Below, in pieces: positions 38,761-50,357 of a stretch of 64,000 nt of DNA (its first letter is position 1; each line of letters opens with the position of its first letter). The stretch is taken from assembly GCA_902590435.1 (NCBI GenBank), contig CACIWU010000001.1:26921-90920 (forward strand), given 5' to 3'. The notes beneath the pieces were generated by a model. It saw nothing but the letters and a program-made list of their open reading frames with translations, was not told the origin of the DNA and did not search any database. Source of the DNA: an uncultured SAR324 cluster bacterium (lineage in GTDB: Bacteria > SAR324 > NAC60-12). The position numbers were made by a program, and so were the translations under genes.

Positions 38761-39681
38761 ATGAATCACTCAAAGGTTGTAATTGTTGTAGCTGGACCAA
38801 CTGCAAGTGGAAAAAGTGATTTAGCTATAAACTTGGCACAGAAATTTGAAGGTGAACTAATCTGTTCTGATTCCATGCAAGTTTACCGCAGGTTAGATAT
38901 TGGTACCGCCAAACCAACAAAAAAAGAACAGCAACTTGTACCTCATCATCAAATAGACTTAATTGATCCAAACGAAAATTACTCCGCTGGAAAGTACGAG
39001 AAGGATGCCACTATAATTATAAGTAAAATCTATGAGAGAGGGAACATACCTATTTTAGTAGGCGGGACAGGATTGTATTTTCGAGCTCTAATGTACGGAA
39101 TCAGCAAAATACCTAAAATTCCAAAATTAATAAAAAATAAGGTTTCCAGAATTCATCTGAAACATGGAACCAGATATTGCTGGGAACAACTTTATAGAAA
39201 TGATCCTCAAAATGCCAATAAAATTCATCCAAACGACACCGCTCGAATACTAAGAAGCTTGGAAGTATATTTTTCTACTGGATTTAGTATAACTAAATTC
39301 CAAAAAGATAATCCATTTGCAGAAGCTAGATATAAATTCCTTGCAGTTGCATTCGAATGGGAACGACATCTATTGTACGAAAGAATAAACCAAAGAACCC
39401 AAAATATGTTAAAATCAGGATGGATTGAAGAAGTTGAAGAACTACTAAAATATTACCCTAAAGATTCAAAACCCTTTCATTCAATTGGTTATCGTGAAAT
39501 TATTCAACATCTTTCCGGTAAAATAGATTCCAATCAAATGGTCAATTTAATTCAGCAAAGAACTCGTAGATATGCTAAAAGACAACTGACCTGGTTCAAA
39601 AAAGAATCAAATATCGAGTGGTTTCAACCTAGCAAAGTATCAAGAGTATTAGATAGAATCAAAGTTTTTCTTGAAAATTAG
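38761..39681 (+). CDS. miaA: tRNA dimethylallyltransferase
   Basis: P-loop VVAGPTASGKS, SDSMQVYR..DIGTAKP, GGTGLY blocks. Confidence 0.9.
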   Translation: MNHSKVVIVVAGPTASGKSDLAINLAQKFEGELICSDSMQVYRRLDIGTAKPTKKEQQLVPHHQIDLIDPNENYSAGKYEKDATIIISKIYERGNIPILVGGTGLYFRALMYGISKIPKIPKLIKNKVSRIHLKHGTRYCWEQLYRNDPQNANKIHPNDTARILRSLEVYFSTGFSITKFQKDNPFAEARYKFLAVAFEWERHLLYERINQRTQNMLKSGWIEEVEELLKYYPKDSKPFHSIGYREIIQHLSGKIDSNQMVNLIQQRTRRYAKRQLTWFKKESNIEWFQPSKVSRVLDRIKVFLEN

Positions 39682-39746
39682 TTCACATTAAGGTGAAAAT
39701 AATAGAAAATAATAAACTACTTCTCCAAATTCAATAGGGATTATCC

Positions 39747-40133
39747 ATGAGACATTATTCAGTTGATAATCAAAATTACTATATTTTCAAAACAAATACT
39801 GTTGAAAAAACACCAAACGTTCATTTTCAATGGGGTAAATTCGATTTTCGTATGACATTTGTTTCTAGTAACAGAGAAATCATACAAGCAAACCCAAAAA
39901 ATTCATTTAAAACTGCTAATGGAGAACAATATCTAGTAAAATCTTTGGAGGTTTTTTATCAAAATGAATGGTTTAAATTTGTTAAACCAACTTCCCATGG
40001 AATTCAGTTAGAAGAAACATTATGGACCTTCGATGATAAAAGTTATTTTGTAGAATTCCCAAAGAATTTAATAAATGTTGCCAAATCAATATGTGCTAAA
40101 GAACTTGGAATGACTTTATCTGAAAAAGTTTAG
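39747..40133 (+). CDS. hypothetical 128-aa protein between miaA and miaB
   Basis: Compact ORF on the same strand as both flanking genes. No family recognised. Confidence 0.45.
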   Translation: MRHYSVDNQNYYIFKTNTVEKTPNVHFQWGKFDFRMTFVSSNREIIQANPKNSFKTANGEQYLVKSLEVFYQNEWFKFVKPTSHGIQLEETLWTFDDKSYFVEFPKNLINVAKSICAKELGMTLSEKV

Positions 40134-40220
40134 AATAATGACATAAAGATTCAAAGCAAAAAATATTTCTTTTAATTTAGAGTAAAAATAATCATCCCAT
40201 AAAAAAGTATATTAGGGTCA

Positions 40221-41585
40221 ATGGAAAAGAATAATTCAAAAAATATCGAACATGTTAAAAAAGTTTATATCAAGACTTTTGGTTGCCAAATGAACGAATA
40301 TGATTCTGAAAAAATGGTTGAGGTATTAAAAAAGGAAAATTATTCAATAACAAACCATTCCATAGAAGCAGATTTAATTATACTTAACACTTGTTCGATA
40401 CGAGAAAAAGCAGAAAACAAAGTTTATAGTGAACTGGGAAGATTAAGAAAACTAAAATCGTATAATCCTAATTTAAAAATAGGTGTAGGTGGATGCGTTG
40501 CACAGCAAGAAAAAACTTCTATTTTAAGACGCTCTACCAGCGTTGATTTTGTTTTTGGAACTGACAATTTGTTTGATCTGCCAGAAATTATAAAAAAAAT
40601 TACTTCAGGTCAAAAAATTTGTCAGACAAAACGTCACCCAAGACAAAAAATCCGAAATTTTATACCAGATTATACCTTCAAAAAAACTAAAAGTTTTGGA
40701 ATAAAATCTTTCTTAGCTATAACCAAAGGATGTAACAATAATTGTTCCTTTTGTGTCGTTCCATCTACAAGAGGAGGAGAAGTTAGTCGTGAACCAGAAA
40801 ATATTATTGCAGAAGCCAAGAATCTAATTTCAAGTGGAAGTAAAGAAATATGTTTGTTAGGACAAAATGTAAATTCATACAATGCTAAAGATACAAATTT
40901 TGTAGAGCTTTTAAAGAATTTGGATTCACTTAAAAATATGGAAAGATTGCGTTTTATTTCCCCTCACCCTAAAGATTTTAATAATGATTTGGCTGATGCA
41001 TTTGTAAATCTAAAATCTCTTTGTGAACATATGCATTTACCATTACAATCTGGATCAAATAGAATCCTTAATAGAATGAGGCGTTGGTATACAATGGAAA
41101 CTTTTTATGAGAAAGTAAATTTATTAAGAGATAGAATACCTACAGCTACATTGTCTACTGATTTAATCGTAGGATTCCCTGGAGAGACAGATGAAGAATT
41201 CGAAATGACTATGGAAGCGGTGCGAAAAGTTCGTTTTGACTCTATTTTTTCATTCAAGTATTCTCCAAGGCCAGGAACACAAGCAATAAAATATACAGAA
41301 CAAATCTCCGAAAATATTAAATCACAAAGGTTAAAAAAATTAATCGAAACACAAGAAAAAATTATTTTAGAAAAAAACAACATCTTAATCGGTTCTGTAC
41401 AGGAAATTTTAATAGAGAGGGAAAATAATAACCTAGAAAAAACTTTATCTGGTCGTACTCGTGGGAATCATATGGTAAATATAGAAAATTGTGATGCAAA
41501 TGTGGGAGAACTTGTTCAAGTAAAAATTATCGGTACAAATAAAAACTCACTTATAGCAAAACCTCTATCTAATAACGTCTTTTAA
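40221..41585 (+). CDS. miaB: tRNA-2-methylthio-N6-dimethylallyladenosine synthase (radical SAM methylthiotransferase)
   Basis: N-terminal MTTase domain FGCQMN, radical-SAM CNNNCSFC, C-terminal TRAM domain. Confidence 0.9.
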   Translation: MEKNNSKNIEHVKKVYIKTFGCQMNEYDSEKMVEVLKKENYSITNHSIEADLIILNTCSIREKAENKVYSELGRLRKLKSYNPNLKIGVGGCVAQQEKTSILRRSTSVDFVFGTDNLFDLPEIIKKITSGQKICQTKRHPRQKIRNFIPDYTFKKTKSFGIKSFLAITKGCNNNCSFCVVPSTRGGEVSREPENIIAEAKNLISSGSKEICLLGQNVNSYNAKDTNFVELLKNLDSLKNMERLRFISPHPKDFNNDLADAFVNLKSLCEHMHLPLQSGSNRILNRMRRWYTMETFYEKVNLLRDRIPTATLSTDLIVGFPGETDEEFEMTMEAVRKVRFDSIFSFKYSPRPGTQAIKYTEQISENIKSQRLKKLIETQEKIILEKNNILIGSVQEILIERENNNLEKTLSGRTRGNHMVNIENCDANVGELVQVKIIGTNKNSLIAKPLSNNVF

Positions 41586-41647
41586 GTATTTATTAAGAAA
41601 TGACCGCCAAAAAAAAAGTATTTAGTTTGTAAATTCAAAATACTTTC

Positions 41648-41917
41648 TCAACTCTTTATCTTTAGAAAACGAGTATTAGGATTAGGTGCAATCCTAGGTT
41701 CTAATTTTCTACCACATAAGTCGTGATCTGTATAATTAATTACTCTTTTTAAAGGAGGATTTTCAGAAATTTGAATACAACTGTCGCCATGATCTTCCCA
41801 AGTTTTATCTGCGCAGCCAATCAAAAAAAATATTATTGCAACAATAAAAATATTTTTAATAAATATTTTTTTTATTAGTATTTTATTTATATATGAAAGA
41901 AATGTTTTATATAACAT
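41648..41917 (-). CDS. small putative lipoprotein (ORF open to 41986; likely start MLYK.. at 41917)
   Basis: Hydrophobic signal segment ending in lipobox LIGC followed by ADKTWEDHGDSC. Confidence 0.4.
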   Translation of the reverse strand: MLYKTFLSYINKILIKKIFIKNIFIVAIIFFLIGCADKTWEDHGDSCIQISENPPLKRVINYTDHDLCGRKLEPRIAPNPNTRFLKIKS

Positions 41918-42090
41918 GTTACATCTATTCTCATTAGTTATGAATCTTGTGATTTTATTTAGCTTGAGGCAAAATTTTGCATACAATAAAAAAAAGATAT
42001 TTTTTTTAAAAAACTTGCTTTTAAATTATCTAATAAAAATAGAGCAAACCAGATGCCAAGTTTTTTTGTAATCTATATTTACGAGTAGTT

Positions 42091-43266
42091 TTGAATCTTA
42101 TTGGTGTAGGAATTTCAAAAGAAGTTGACCCGAATATAGCGATTAATGAAGTAATATATTCAGCTGTAATTCAGACAAAACTTCCTAAAGTAAATTGGAT
42201 ATTAATATTTTTTACTCCAGATCATTTTTTACATGCAGGCCTTATCCATGAACTAATTCTCGAAAAAACAAATTGCAAATGTGTTACAGGTTGCAGCGGG
42301 ATGGGCGTTCTTTGGCAAAAAGAAGAGATCACTAATGGTCCTGGATTAGTTTTAATGGCTGGATACACACCAGAATTGAGAACCCTTGCTTTGGCAAAAT
42401 TTCAAGAATTAGAACATAGCATAGGAGTTACTCAACAACTTTCAGAAGCTTTAGAAGAATTTACTAACAAAAATCCTCTTTTTTTATTTTTTCCAGATGT
42501 GTTTAGGCATCAACCACAAAATTTTATCAATATGTTTAACTTCCTCAAAAACAAACCTATTGTTTTTGGAGCAGGATCTTGCAACAACGGGAATCAACAA
42601 ACTTCAATTCAATTTGGCCCTGATATAATAACACTAAATGGTGCAGGAGGAATGGCCTTTGAAGGTATACCTAAATTTTGTGCAGGAGTTACTCAGTCGT
42701 GTACAACCTTTGGAGAACCAATGTTTGTAACGGAAGTAAAAGACGATATAATAGTCTCTCTAGATGGAATTCCTGCTTTAGAGGTTTTTACTGAAGTTGC
42801 AAAAGAATTGGGAGTAAATGATATTGAGGAGGCTGCTCAACAGTTGTTGCTTAGTTTCCCTCTAAATCCGTCACAACCAATTTTCACTGGAGATGGCTCA
42901 ATAGCTCGCCATATTACCGGAATTGATGTCCCTTCACAAGGAATTACAACTTCAGAAATAGTACAAGAGGGAGGAGTTGTTTCTTTTGCTTATCGTAGTC
43001 AAAAATCAGCGGAAGAAGATCTAATACTAATGTTGAAACGTTTGAAAAAACAAAACAATGATAAACCAACCTTTGGGATATATTTCAATTGTGCTTCTCG
43101 TGGGGAAGCTCTATATGGGAGACCAAATGTTGATATTGAATTTATAAGAGAAATTTTAGGAGAATTCCCTCTTATTGGTTTTTTTGGTGGATACGAAATG
43201 GCTCAAATGCCTCAAGGAGTACAATTATATTCTTACACAGGAGTTCTCGTTTTAATATACCTGTAA
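42091..43266 (+). CDS. FIST (N+C) domain sensory protein
   Basis: 391 aa. C-terminal FIST_C-like signature PLIGFFGGYEMAQ...SYTGVLVLI. N-terminal half consistent with FIST_N. Confidence 0.5.
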   Translation: MNLIGVGISKEVDPNIAINEVIYSAVIQTKLPKVNWILIFFTPDHFLHAGLIHELILEKTNCKCVTGCSGMGVLWQKEEITNGPGLVLMAGYTPELRTLALAKFQELEHSIGVTQQLSEALEEFTNKNPLFLFFPDVFRHQPQNFINMFNFLKNKPIVFGAGSCNNGNQQTSIQFGPDIITLNGAGGMAFEGIPKFCAGVTQSCTTFGEPMFVTEVKDDIIVSLDGIPALEVFTEVAKELGVNDIEEAAQQLLLSFPLNPSQPIFTGDGSIARHITGIDVPSQGITTSEIVQEGGVVSFAYRSQKSAEEDLILMLKRLKKQNNDKPTFGIYFNCASRGEALYGRPNVDIEFIREILGEFPLIGFFGGYEMAQMPQGVQLYSYTGVLVLIYL

Positions 43267-43355
43267 ATATTAAATTTTGAAAATACTCTAAAATCATAAA
43301 TCAAAATTTGATTAATCAAGGTGCTCATACTTTTAAAATATTTGTATACCCAAGT

Positions 43356-43922
43356 ATGGAAAAATTAATTTGTATTTTAAAAAAATCTTTATTTAATTCC
43401 AAAATAGATTTTTTAATTTATTATTTTAAAATTTTATTAATTTTGTTTTTAGGTGCTTGTGGTTACATAATTGAAGGAAGTAATCCGATTTTGCCAAATG
43501 ATGCAAAAACAATTGCTATTCTACCGATACAAAATAAAACGTTTTTACCAGGTTTAGAAACTGATTTAGCTGAACAAATAAGTCGATTGCTGCGCTCTAA
43601 TAGTTCATTAAAAATAGCACCTGCTAATATAGCAGATCTGCAAATAAGCATAACATTATTAAATATTAAGACAAATACTTATGGACTGAGTGAAGAACAA
43701 ATATCTTCAGGAATTAGGGCAACTCTTTTGGGAGAGACAATTTTGACCGATAGAAGAATTAAGAAAAATATATGGAAAAATTCAATCATCGAAGCACGTC
43801 TTACTGAATCTTTAGAGAACGAAATGGAAAATACTTCAGGTATTTCAATTTCTGGAAGAACACGTCAAGTAATCAAACTTTTCGCTTCAAAAATTTATGA
43901 CCGACTCTTTAATACTTTCTAA
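43356..43922 (+). CDS. LptE-like LPS-assembly lipoprotein (ORF open from 43308)
   Basis: Lipobox FLGAC then CGYIIEG resembling LptE CGWHLRD start. Size ~19 kDa mature. Gram-negative context (lpxC, msbA). Confidence 0.4.
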   Translation: MEKLICILKKSLFNSKIDFLIYYFKILLILFLGACGYIIEGSNPILPNDAKTIAILPIQNKTFLPGLETDLAEQISRLLRSNSSLKIAPANIADLQISITLLNIKTNTYGLSEEQISSGIRATLLGETILTDRRIKKNIWKNSIIEARLTESLENEMENTSGISISGRTRQVIKLFASKIYDRLFNTF

Positions 43923-44034
43923 AATCTTTTTTTAACCTTACTTATTAAGTAAATACTTTCCTAAAATTTTTTATTAATATATAATGTTTTTTTTCATATT
44001 ATCTATTACACATGGCTTATATTAAAAATTTAGT

Positions 44035-44388
44035 ATGCATGAAAAACAGTTAGAAAAATTTAAAATCCGTTTGGAAGAAATGCAAATGGAGATTCTTGGT
44101 GAATCAGAGGAGACTGTTATAGGTATGCAGGAGGAAAGTACTCTCTATCCTGACCCTAATGATCGTGCGTCACTAGAAACTGAACATATAAATAATCTGC
44201 GTATTAGAGATAGGGAAAGGAAACTACTTACTAAAGTTGAAGAAGCATTAGAGCGCATAGAAAAAAAAACTTTCGGAATTTGTGAAGAATGTGGAGAGGA
44301 AATTGGGAAAGAACGTTTACTAATCAGACCAGTCACCACATTCTGTGTTGCCTGCAAAGAATCCTTGGAGGCTGAAGAAGATAAATAA
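44035..44388 (+). CDS. dksA: DksA/TraR-family C4 zinc-finger transcription factor
   Basis: 117 aa. Coiled-coil N-half and C-terminal CEECGEEIG....FCVACK zinc finger. Confidence 0.8.
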   Translation: MHEKQLEKFKIRLEEMQMEILGESEETVIGMQEESTLYPDPNDRASLETEHINNLRIRDRERKLLTKVEEALERIEKKTFGICEECGEEIGKERLLIRPVTTFCVACKESLEAEEDK

Positions 44389-44429
44389 TTTCCCTAAGAT
44401 ACATTTTTATATTTTTTAAAAATAAAAAA

Positions 44430-44468
44430 GGCGAGTTAGCTATAATTATTAGCTGGCTCGCCTTTTTT
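44430..44468. terminator. bidirectional intrinsic terminator between dksA and groEL
   Basis: A-run, GGCGAG..(AGCTA/TAGCT inner pairing)..CTCGCC hairpin, then TTTTTT. Reads as stem plus U-tract on both strands. Confidence 0.5.
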
Positions 44469-44497
44469 ATAAAATTATTCATGTTAGAGAGTGGGGA

Positions 44498-46174
<1,677 letters not shown>

Positions 46175-46218
46175 TTACTCTAAGTTTATATGTTAATATT
46201 TTATCTGTTTTTTTATAA

Positions 46219-46503
46219 TTATGCCATAACTCCGAGGATATCATCCTCTCGCATGATGATATAATCTTCACCATCTACTTTTACTTCAGTGCCGCCGTAT
46301 TTGCTAAACAAAATTTTATCACCTTTTTTTAGACCCATTTCCTGTATGGACCCATTGTCCAGACGTTTACCAGGTCCAACCGCGACCACTTCGCCCTCTT
46401 GAGGCTTTTCTTTTGCTGTATCCGGTATAATGATACCAGATGCTGTCATTTCTTCGGCTTCGACGCGCTTTACAAGCACGCGGTCCTGTAAGGGACGAAT
46501 CAT
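46219..46503 (-). CDS. groS: co-chaperonin GroES (start at internal Met preceded by AAGGAGA)
   Basis: [15 protein letters not shown] canonical GroES start at 46503 with SD AAGGAGA 4 nt upstream. ORF-track start at 46557 is an upstream in-frame extension. Confidence 0.9.
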   Translation of the reverse strand: MIRPLQDRVLVKRVEAEEMTASGIIIPDTAKEKPQEGEVVAVGPGKRLDNGSIQEMGLKKGDKILFSKYGGTEVKVDGEDYIIMREDDILGVMA

Positions 46504-46663
46504 ATTTCTCCTTAACTTAGGATTAAAATTAATTAATAAATTGAGCTTCAACGTCAAAAAGCGTATGCTAACCTGTCAAAGCTTAACAGAAATTTTGAAA
46601 TTTATTCAAAATTTATCGTAAATAAGCATATTAGCTTAACCAACAACATAAAGCAAGTAAAAT

Positions 46664-46690
46664 ATAGCACTCACTCGTGAGGAGTGCTAG
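46664..46690. promoter_or_regulatory. CIRCE operator (HrcA binding site) upstream of groES-groEL
   Basis: aTAGCACTC-actcgtgag-GAGTGCTAg versus consensus TTAGCACTC-N9-GAGTGCTAA (8/9 + 8/9). ~160 nt upstream of groES start. TTGACA and TTGACG hexamers lie between CIRCE and the gene on the minus strand. Confidence 0.75.
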
Positions 46691-46786
46691 TGGAATATTA
46701 AAAAAAAATCAACATTACAGTTTTAGTCATCAAAAAATATTCTAAAAATTTTTGACTATAACTTCTCAATTTAAACTCAAAATTAA

Positions 46787-48283
46787 ATGGATAATAAAGA
46801 AAATCAACAACAAATCCGTTTGGCTAAATTGGAAAAAATTAGACAATTGGGTTTTGACCCTTACCCTTATTCTTATCAAATTAGTCACACTATTCCTGAA
46901 ATATATAGTAATGCTAAAGAACTCATTGATAGTCAGAGTGATATAAGCATTGCTGGTCGTTTATTGGCAATCAGAGGAAAAGGTAAAGCAAGTTTTGCCA
47001 ACATTCAAGCTCAGCACACTCGTCTACAAATCTATATAAGACAAGATACAGTAGGAGAATCTATTTTCGAAATATTTAAATTGTGTGATATAGGTGACCA
47101 TCTGGGTATTTCAGGTACTATGATGTATACTAAAACTGGAGAACTAACTTTACGTGCTAACTCTTTTAAATTGCTTTCTAAATCAATACGCCCTATACCC
47201 GTTCCAAAAATTGAGGAAAAGGAGGATGAACTAATAATTCATGATGAATTAAAAGATAAAGAGTTACGTTATCGTCAACGTTATTTGGATTTAATTTTAA
47301 ATCCAAATGTTGCAGAAGTTTTTCAAAAAAGATCAGTAATTTTTGAAACTATTAGAGAATATTTGAGAGGTGAGAAATTTTTAGAAGTAGAAACTCCTAC
47401 ACTTCAAACAGTTTATGGCGGTGCAAATGCAACTCCCTTTGTAACTCACCACAAGGCCCTGGATCAAAATTTTTTTTTAAGAATTTCCAATGAATTATTT
47501 TTAAAGCGTCTAATTGCAGGTGGATTTGATGCAGTTTTTGAATTTGTAAAGGATTTCCGTAACGAAGGAATTGATAGGACTCACAACCCTGAATTTTCTG
47601 CTTTAGAATTTTATCAGTCGTATGTAGATTACAATACTATAATGAGACATACGGAAAATATCTTTGAGATTTGCGCAAAAGCCGTCAACTCAAGTACTAA
47701 AGTTGAATATGAGGGGAATGTTATAGAATTAAAATCACCTTGGCCTCGCTTAAGCATGATCGAAGCAATTCATACTTTGGGAGGAATTTCACTTGAAGAA
47801 ATGAGTGACAACGAAGTTAAAGACTTAATTAAGAAAAAAGGTTGGAAACTAGACTCTGGTTACAATAGAGGTTTGGCAACCCAACTTATATTCGAAGAAA
47901 CATGTGAACATCAACTAATTCAACCTACCTTCATTACTGACCATCCAAAAGAAACTAGTCCACTATGCAAACGAAATCGAGAAAACCCTGAATTACTAGA
48001 ACGATTTGAAGCATACATCAACGGATGGGAAATTGCTAATGCATATTCTGAACTAAATGATCCTGTTATTCAGAGGAGCCTAATGGAAGATCAAGTCAAA
48101 AGAGGACGTGGAGGAGAAAAGGAGACTCAACCATTAGACGAAGATTTTTTACGTGCTATGGAGTATGGAATGCCTCCAATGGGTGGGGTAGGAGTGGGAA
48201 TTGACAGATTAGTCATGTTGCTTACAGGACAATCAACCATTCGTGACGTTATTCTATTTCCCACGATGCGACCAGAAAATTGA
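46787..48283 (+). CDS. lysS: lysine--tRNA ligase (class II)
   Basis: 498 aa. Anticodon-binding OB N-domain. Class II motifs [28 protein letters not shown]. Confidence 0.9.
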   Translation: MDNKENQQQIRLAKLEKIRQLGFDPYPYSYQISHTIPEIYSNAKELIDSQSDISIAGRLLAIRGKGKASFANIQAQHTRLQIYIRQDTVGESIFEIFKLCDIGDHLGISGTMMYTKTGELTLRANSFKLLSKSIRPIPVPKIEEKEDELIIHDELKDKELRYRQRYLDLILNPNVAEVFQKRSVIFETIREYLRGEKFLEVETPTLQTVYGGANATPFVTHHKALDQNFFLRISNELFLKRLIAGGFDAVFEFVKDFRNEGIDRTHNPEFSALEFYQSYVDYNTIMRHTENIFEICAKAVNSSTKVEYEGNVIELKSPWPRLSMIEAIHTLGGISLEEMSDNEVKDLIKKKGWKLDSGYNRGLATQLIFEETCEHQLIQPTFITDHPKETSPLCKRNRENPELLERFEAYINGWEIANAYSELNDPVIQRSLMEDQVKRGRGGEKETQPLDEDFLRAMEYGMPPMGGVGVGIDRLVMLLTGQSTIRDVILFPTMRPEN

Positions 48284-48303
48284 AGAAAATAATACCACAA
48301 AAA

Positions 48304-48672
48304 ATGTCTAAAAAAATTGATTTATCATTAATAAAGGTAACTATTGGAGATTTAGATTTCGAAAAATTTGATGGATTGATACCTGTAATTGCTCAAGATA
48401 TAAATTCAGGTATTGTCCTAATGTTGGCTTATGCAAATATAAATGCGTTGGACAAAACTATGAAGACAGGATTTGCCCACTATTGGTCAAGATCAAGGGA
48501 TACTCTATGGAAAAAAGGAGAGACTTCAGGAAATTTTCAACAAGTTATCGAGATTTTAGTAGACTGTGATAAAGATACACTTATCTATAAAGTTCTTCAA
48601 AAAGGTCCTGCATGCCATACCGGTAAACAAAATTGTTTTTTCAGAAAATTGTTAGAGAAAGATAAAAAATAA
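48304..48672 (+). CDS. hisI: phosphoribosyl-AMP cyclohydrolase (monofunctional HisI)
   Basis: [32 protein letters not shown] motifs. ORF track begins at TTG 48280 overlapping lysS stop (TTGA). First ATG at 48304. Confidence 0.8.
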   Translation: MSKKIDLSLIKVTIGDLDFEKFDGLIPVIAQDINSGIVLMLAYANINALDKTMKTGFAHYWSRSRDTLWKKGETSGNFQQVIEILVDCDKDTLIYKVLQKGPACHTGKQNCFFRKLLEKDKK

Positions 48673-48875
48673 AATGAACTGGGATATTCATGTCAATTAA
48701 GAAGTAGACATATTAAGCCAAACTGTAATAGAATTTACCAGAAAAAATATATATCCAATTGCCCAACAAATAGATTAAGAGATTCAAAGATTTACGACAT
48801 TGGCGCAGGGACAAATGGGATTCAAAAAATACTTATTGGCCGATAACTTTTTGGTGAAAAAGATGTTTCTCAAAA

Positions 48876-50336
48876 TTAAGATTTGTCGATTAGGTTGTTA
48901 AACTCAACTATCAATTTATCAATTTTCGGTGCAAGTGAAAAAATATCACCCCAATATTCATCATGTTCATACCACTGTTTATTCAATTCATCCAATTCAC
49001 GCCCTTGCTGTTCTATCCAAGTAAAATATTTTAAGTTATGAATTCTCTTCTTCTCGTAATGAGTCAATTCAAGCAAATTATCTATTCCCGTGTCCATCAA
49101 TAATTGAAAATCTTTGTGCGAATCGATATTTGTATATTGACCTCTCTCTTCTATCAACTCATCTATACGAGAACCGTAGAGTTCCATTGAATCTGTTAAA
49201 ATGGTCACAACAAAATCATCTTCCGTTAATTCAAAATATTTAGAAAATTTTATTGCTGCAACTAAATTCCCTATACATGAAATTCCCAACCTATCTAAAC
49301 CTTCAGCAAATGCTCTATCAACACCGTAATGCTCTAAACAATCTCTACCAGATTCTTCATTAAAAAGTCTCAATAGGCGGATAGTCACTTCGTCATCAAC
49401 TCCAATTATCATATCAGTATTTCTGCAATCATGAATCCATGGCACATGTTTGTCTCCAATACCTTCTATACGATGGTCACCAAACCCATTGTTAAGAAGA
49501 GTAGGACACTGAAGAGCTTCCGCGACAGCCAATTTTGAGCCAGGATATCTCTCTTTTAAATAATATCCAAATGCCATTGAACCTGCCGAACCCGAAGCTG
49601 AAATACAACCAGCCAATTTGCTTCTAGGCCCCATTTCCTCCAAAAGAGCTTCTTCTGCAGCTTTACCAGTAACATGATAATGCCAAAGAGGATTACCAAA
49701 TTCTTCAAATTGATTAAAAATCTGAATATCTTTACGATCTTTCCTGAGTTCCCAACATTTATCAAAAATTTCCTTAACATTACTTTCACATCCCGGTGTG
49801 GCAATTACCTCACCAGCAAGTTTCTCAAGCCATTCAAAACGTTCTCGTGACATGTTTTCTGGTAGAATGGCTATTGAATCACAACCCAGTAAAGAAGAAA
49901 CATATGCACCTCCCCTACAATAATTACCAGTAGATGGCCATACAGCTTTGGTTTTTGAAGGACTGAATTGCCCAGTAACCAAAGCAGGAGCTAAACAACC
50001 ATAAGTTGCACCCACCTTATGTGCGCCCGTAGGGAACCATTTACCTACCAATGCAATTATTTTAGCATTTACACCAGATATTTCTTTGGGAATAACAATG
50101 TAATTCACATCTCCAAATCCACCGCCCTTAGCTAATGGTTCATTTTTCCAAGTTATTCTATACAAGTTGTTTGGATCAGATTCCCACAAAGTAATTTTCT
50201 TAAGTTCATTTTTAATGTGTTCAGGAATTTTTTCCGGATTTTGCATTTGTTCAAAAGTCGGTAACTTTACTTTATTTTTCTTACAATGCTTAGCATTCTG
50301 AAGAATTTTAGATTCGTTTCTTTTTAAATTAATCAT
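48876..50336 (-). CDS. fold-type II PLP-dependent enzyme, cysteine-synthase/TrpB-like with N- and C-terminal extensions
   Basis: 486 aa. PLP-Lys motif PTGAHKVGA (TrpB-like HTGxHK), CysK-like ILPENMSRER and IEGIGDKHVPW blocks. ~85-aa N and ~100-aa C extensions of unknown nature. Confidence 0.6.
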   Translation of the reverse strand: MINLKRNESKILQNAKHCKKNKVKLPTFEQMQNPEKIPEHIKNELKKITLWESDPNNLYRITWKNEPLAKGGGFGDVNYIVIPKEISGVNAKIIALVGKWFPTGAHKVGATYGCLAPALVTGQFSPSKTKAVWPSTGNYCRGGAYVSSLLGCDSIAILPENMSRERFEWLEKLAGEVIATPGCESNVKEIFDKCWELRKDRKDIQIFNQFEEFGNPLWHYHVTGKAAEEALLEEMGPRSKLAGCISASGSAGSMAFGYYLKERYPGSKLAVAEALQCPTLLNNGFGDHRIEGIGDKHVPWIHDCRNTDMIIGVDDEVTIRLLRLFNEESGRDCLEHYGVDRAFAEGLDRLGISCIGNLVAAIKFSKYFELTEDDFVVTILTDSMELYGSRIDELIEERGQYTNIDSHKDFQLLMDTGIDNLLELTHYEKKRIHNLKYFTWIEQQGRELDELNKQWYEHDEYWGDIFSLAPKIDKLIVEFNNLIDKS

Positions 50337-50357
50337 AATATTTTTATAAAAATTAAA

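Noticed and set aside
48280-48672. Monofunctional hisI isolated from other his genes and overlapping lysS
   Set aside because: Scattered his genes and split hisI/hisE occur in many lineages. The TTGA/ATG start ambiguity is a routine annotation issue, not a biological anomaly.
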